Positions 60,478-64,000 of a stretch of DNA of 64,000 bases are shown here, in pieces. The DNA is taken from the NCBI GenBank assembly GCA_963520855.1, contig CAUQSI010000001.1, forward strand, positions 184,905 through 248,904, in the 5' to 3' direction. The translations under genes and the position numbers were made by a program. The number at the start of each line of letters is the position of its first letter. Within the stretch, counting starts at the first letter, position 1. Under the pieces are notes generated by a model. That model made no database searches. It worked only from the letters and a program-made list of their open reading frames with translations, and was not told where the DNA came from. This DNA is from an uncultured Candidatus Saccharibacteria bacterium (GTDB taxonomy: Bacteria; Patescibacteriota; Saccharimonadia; Saccharimonadales; Saccharimonadaceae).

Positions 60478-60631
60478 GGCTTAGCGACGTACTGAAACAT
60501 AAACAGCATACTTGACTTTTTACTATTGTATGATACTATGCAAATAGCTTTTCATTTGTCGTGAGGCGTTTGAAAAGAGTACTTGTCCAATTGCATCTTT
60601 TTTTCTGAGTTTTCGAGAGGAGGTGAAGAAG

Positions 60632-60889
60632 ATGTGGTTCTTGCTGGGGGCAGCGTTACTGGTCGTGGTGCTACTCATAGTAGTAGCGCTGTTGCGACGG
60701 ATTGTACGTCGTAAGAGCACGTGGAATGCCACGCTGCTGGTCGTGGCCCTGTTGGCCATCGGGCAATATTGGGTTCTTCCGCTCAAGGGAAATGCCCATG
60801 AGCTACAAGGCGGTTTTGCCATTATGGCGGGGCTGAGCCTGTTTAGTGTCCTCACGTCATTTTCATGGGGATACAACCAGGGCAAGTAA
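60632..60889 (+). CDS. Small 3-TM membrane protein
   Basis: GAGGAGGTG SD before ATG 60632 (alternative GTG 60623); promoter TTGACT-16-TACTAT at 60512-60539. Confidence 0.7.
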   Translation: MWFLLGAALLVVVLLIVVALLRRIVRRKSTWNATLLVVALLAIGQYWVLPLKGNAHELQGGFAIMAGLSLFSVLTSFSWGYNQGK

Positions 60890-60896
60890 CAATCTT

Positions 60897-61005
60897 GCCC
60901 ACCGAAAATAGTTCGCCGAATCGGCTCAACCTGATTGAGTGTCTCATGGCATTCTCGGGTCGACCACACCCGATTCGGCTTGAGCCAGTTCGGTGGGCTA
61001 TTTTC
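60897..61005 (+). ncRNA. Branched structured RNA in the 3' region
   Basis: GCCCACCGAA/TTCGGTGGGC and GCCGAATCGG/CCGATTCGGC enclose small hairpins. Confidence 0.55.
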
Positions 61006-61011
61006 ATGTCA

Positions 61012-61156
61012 TTGACTTTTTTATAAATATGTGCTATATTATGATTTAGCCTGTTCAGTGCCTCTCATGAGGTCACTGACTGCGCTTCGCCGCCAAGCCA
61101 GATGCTTGGTGGCTTGAGGCGCGGAAAGGCCGCACCTCACGATCTTAAGAGAGGAG
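61012..61156 (+). promoter_or_regulatory. Consensus promoter plus three-hairpin leader
   Basis: TTGACT-17-TATATT; hairpins at 61055-61079, 61089-61113, 61115-61139; GAGAGGAG SD. Confidence 0.6.
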
Positions 61157-61165
61157 ATGGGTACT

Positions 61166-61310
61166 ATGCCCATCTGGAGAATACAGGCCAATGCGATAGC
61201 CATTCTGGTTGAATAGCCCCGTTACAGGGGTGGTCACGCTCGTGGTGATCGGGGCCGCACTCGCGGTCCTGACCACCACCCTCTTCATCAAAGATGAGGA
61301 GGAAGAATAA
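61166..61310 (+). pseudogene. Frameshifted small membrane protein
   Basis: MPIWRIQANAIAILVE* in one frame; +1 frame continues FWLNSPVTGVVTLVVIGAALAVLTTTLFIKDEEEE*; hairpins and terminator follow. Confidence 0.45.
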
Positions 61311-61439
61311 GGTGCAGGCGCGCCAGCAGAGGCGCGCATGATTAGAAAAATATCTGTGAAATCGCGGAAACACCGCGTCCCCGCACATATTGCGGGGTTT
61401 TTCTTGGCAAAAATTTGATAAAGTTTGATACACTAATTA

Positions 61440-62846
61440 TTGATGAACAGGATAAATAAAAAAGTACCAGAAATCTTACTACAGTCACTCGGCAAAATTG
61501 CTCGCCTTCCCTTGCCAATTCCTGCGCAAGTGATTGAAAAAATTGACGAGAGTTTGACGCCGAACATGCGTGCTTTGCGGTTGGTTCTGACTATCTCCGA
61601 AAAGCTCCTCAGCATGGGCGTGTCGGCGCGAGACGTGGTGCATATGATGCTTGGTATCACCAGAACTTACTGTAAACAGCCAGTTCACATGGACATCAGC
61701 TCAACGCTCATCACGGTTTCGCAAGACCGCGGCATTAACCGCGAACCACTGACCTTGATTCGCGCCATCACCTTGGTGGATGTCAATTACCAAACCATCC
61801 AAGCATTGCAGGCATTGTCCCGAGGGATCCGCTACCAACACATTCACTTGAGTGAGGCCGAGGAGCGACTGGAAAAAATCATCAACCCTGAAAAACGCCA
61901 TCCACGGACACTCATTGCTCTGTCTGGTGGTGCGTTGAGCGCTGGTGTGGTAGTCATGTACGGCGGCAGTGTGCAGATGGCACTACTAGCCATGCTGGTT
62001 GGCACGCTCAGCACTGTTGCCATGCGCCTGTTGTGGCGTGTCGGCGTGTCGGTATTTTTCACGCAGATTATCATGTCACTTTGTATCACACTCATCGCCA
62101 CCGCTGTTGTCTGTGTCAATACCAAGTTCAACTTGGCATTCAATCCGACACTGATTGTGATTGGCGGAATCGTCCTGTTGGTGGCAGGTATGATGATCGT
62201 CGGTGCGTTTCAGGATGCAATTGATGAATATTATGTCACGGCAAACGCCCGGCTGTTGCGAGTGCTGATGGCAACCAGTGGCATTGTGATTGGCGTCGCT
62301 ATTGGCCTTCATATTGCCACCAGACTAGGCATCAGTTTTCCGACCACGCCAGACCGTTTGACGTTGGTGGATAATTATACGCAGTACATCGGTGCGGCGG
62401 TCATCGCTTCAGCATTCGTCATTGGCAATCACGCGCCGTTCTTTGGTACCATTCTGGCCGGCCTTGTGGGGGCAAGTGGCTGGGGACTATTTCAATTACT
62501 GACTGATGCTGGCTGGGATGTGTTGCTGGCCAGTGGTACGGCCGCTGCGGCCATCGGTTTGGTGGCAACGTTCATGTCCCGACTGTGGCGCATCCCGTCT
62601 TTGGCTATCATCGGCGCGGGTATCGTGCCGCTGGTTCCAGGTTTGTCACTATACAATGGCTTGATGGGTATCATCAGTCAGGCGCCGTCAGACCCAGGCT
62701 ACGTTGTCGCCCTGGCAAGCTTGGCGCGAGCCGTCATGATTGGGTTCGCTGTTGCTGTGGGCGCGTCATTTGGTAATGCCATTGGCCGTCCCATTCGCAG
62801 TCAAATCAGGAAGCTTTTTGTTGGGACACCGACGACTGCAGAGTAG
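61440..62846 (+). CDS. ThrE-family threonine/serine exporter (fused)
   Basis: N-terminal soluble domain, LLVAGM..VGAFQD, IVPLVPGLSLY motifs, about 10 TM. Confidence 0.85.
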   Translation: MMNRINKKVPEILLQSLGKIARLPLPIPAQVIEKIDESLTPNMRALRLVLTISEKLLSMGVSARDVVHMMLGITRTYCKQPVHMDISSTLITVSQDRGINREPLTLIRAITLVDVNYQTIQALQALSRGIRYQHIHLSEAEERLEKIINPEKRHPRTLIALSGGALSAGVVVMYGGSVQMALLAMLVGTLSTVAMRLLWRVGVSVFFTQIIMSLCITLIATAVVCVNTKFNLAFNPTLIVIGGIVLLVAGMMIVGAFQDAIDEYYVTANARLLRVLMATSGIVIGVAIGLHIATRLGISFPTTPDRLTLVDNYTQYIGAAVIASAFVIGNHAPFFGTILAGLVGASGWGLFQLLTDAGWDVLLASGTAAAAIGLVATFMSRLWRIPSLAIIGAGIVPLVPGLSLYNGLMGIISQAPSDPGYVVALASLARAVMIGFAVAVGASFGNAIGRPIRSQIRKLFVGTPTTAE

Positions 62847-63459
62847 TAGCTGACGTTTGGACAGCTTGTTGGGTGAATCTACTGGTCAGATAGAACCATA
62901 ACGCCCCAAGTCCACCAGCCGCAGCTTCGTACACTACAAATGAAAATTCTCTATGTACAAATCCTTGAACGCACGCCATGACAGCAGCCACTGACAGACC
63001 CAACATGATGCTTTTTTGCTGGCGTGTGAACAAACTGGTGGTAAACGGCAGCATGAAGGCATAAAATGCAAAGATGATGATGGACAGGCGTGAAAAGATA
63101 TAGTGCAGCCCGTGTTGAGTGTCATTAGGGAATATGGCTATAGCCATGCCGCAAAAAGCTATGGTTCGCAGTGCTACCAAACTCAACCTGGCAGTAGCCA
63201 CCGCCTCAGCCTGCTCCAAAATGTCAGACATCGACTCCGCCAAGCACCACATGATGACTGCCATCATGGCAATGGAAATATTGAATACAAATGAAGACAG
63301 CTCGCCGCGCTCGCCCAGAGCGCTGAAGCTCCAGTTTACCCATTGCGGCTCTGACGTTAAGAACGCCGACAGAGTAATCCCTGCCAAAAAAATTAGCGTC
63401 ATCCAAACAGTCAACTTTGCGGGCGCAAGCTTGCGAGTTGACAGAATGAATGATTTCAT
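62806..63459 (-). CDS. DUF998-like membrane protein
   Basis: W..WSFSALG, VFN, AIFP.D...LH pattern; about 6 TM. Confidence 0.65.
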   Translation of the reverse strand: MKSFILSTRKLAPAKLTVWMTLIFLAGITLSAFLTSEPQWVNWSFSALGERGELSSFVFNISIAMMAVIMWCLAESMSDILEQAEAVATARLSLVALRTIAFCGMAIAIFPNDTQHGLHYIFSRLSIIIFAFYAFMLPFTTSLFTRQQKSIMLGLSVAAVMACVQGFVHREFSFVVYEAAAGGLGALWFYLTSRFTQQAVQTSATTLQSSVSQQKAS

Positions 63460-63512
63460 GGATACATTATACCATATGAAAAACCCCGGCTAGTGACCGG
63501 GGCTTTTGGTGA

Positions 63513-64000
63513 TTATTTGTTGCGCTTTTCGATTATCTCTTGAGCAACATTTGGTGGAACTTCCTCGTACTGAGCCAATTCCATGGTTGATGCAGCGCGA
63601 CCCTGTGACATCGAGCGGATGTCTGAGGTGTAGCCAAACATGTTTGCCAGTGGCACGAAAGCCTTGACCAGCTTGGCGCCACCCATCAAATCTTCCATGG
63701 TATCAATGCGACCACGACGTGAGTTCAGGTCACCGATGATGTCGCCCATGAACTCTTCTGGAGTGGTGACTTCAACTTTCATGACTGGTTCAAGCAGAAT
63801 TGGCGTTGCCTGTTTGATACCTTCGCGGGCTGCCAACGAACCTGCCAATGAGAAGGCCAGCTCTGAGGAGTCGACATCGTGATATGAACCGTCGTACAAC
63901 GTGGCTTTAACGTCAACTACTGGATAGCCAGCGATAACACCACCTTCCAAGGTTTCACGAATACCCTTCATAACAGCTGGGCGATACTCTTGTGGCACCA
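63513..64000 (-). CDS. fusA: Elongation factor G (C-terminal part)
   Basis: [44 protein letters not shown]. Confidence 0.98.
   Translation of the reverse strand, partial: VPQEYRPAVMKGIRETLEGGVIAGYPVVDVKATLYDGSYHDVDSSELAFSLAGSLAAREGIKQATPILLEPVMKVEVTTPEEFMGDIIGDLNSRRGRIDTMEDLMGGAKLVKAFVPLANMFGYTSDIRSMSQGRAASTMELAQYEEVPPNVAQEIIEKRNK

Overview
Core-genome segment of a small-genome bacterium, most likely Candidatus Saccharibacteria (TM7, CPR/Patescibacteria). This assignment is inferred from gene content: no rpmD, an N-terminally extended uL1, fermentative/glycogen genes and many orphan membrane proteins. Genetic code 11. The window holds the translation superclusters (fusA 3' end, tuf, S10/spc/alpha, rplM-rpsI, and the tRNA-rpmG-secE-nusG-rplK-rplA-rplJ-rplL block), replication/repair genes (dnaX, dnaB, holB, recR, ybaB), four tRNAs, eno, ldh and glycogen enzymes. 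Ancestral gene order is kept, but many junctions are split by inserted genes. Most notable: (i) an AT-rich copY-copA cassette bounded by nested direct repeats A-B...B-A; (ii) a very GC-rich, actinobacterial-looking LAVTG surface-protein gene and two small membrane-protein cassettes, each with its own promoter, strong SD and structured UTRs; (iii) many native genes with a -10 box exactly 6 nt before the start codon (leaderless architecture); (iv) a coupled SGNH hydrolase + PlsC-like acyltransferase pair; (v) ribosomal leader RNAs, including an L10 attenuator. All calls are from motif recognition by eye; no database searches or folding were run, and GC statements are visual estimates.
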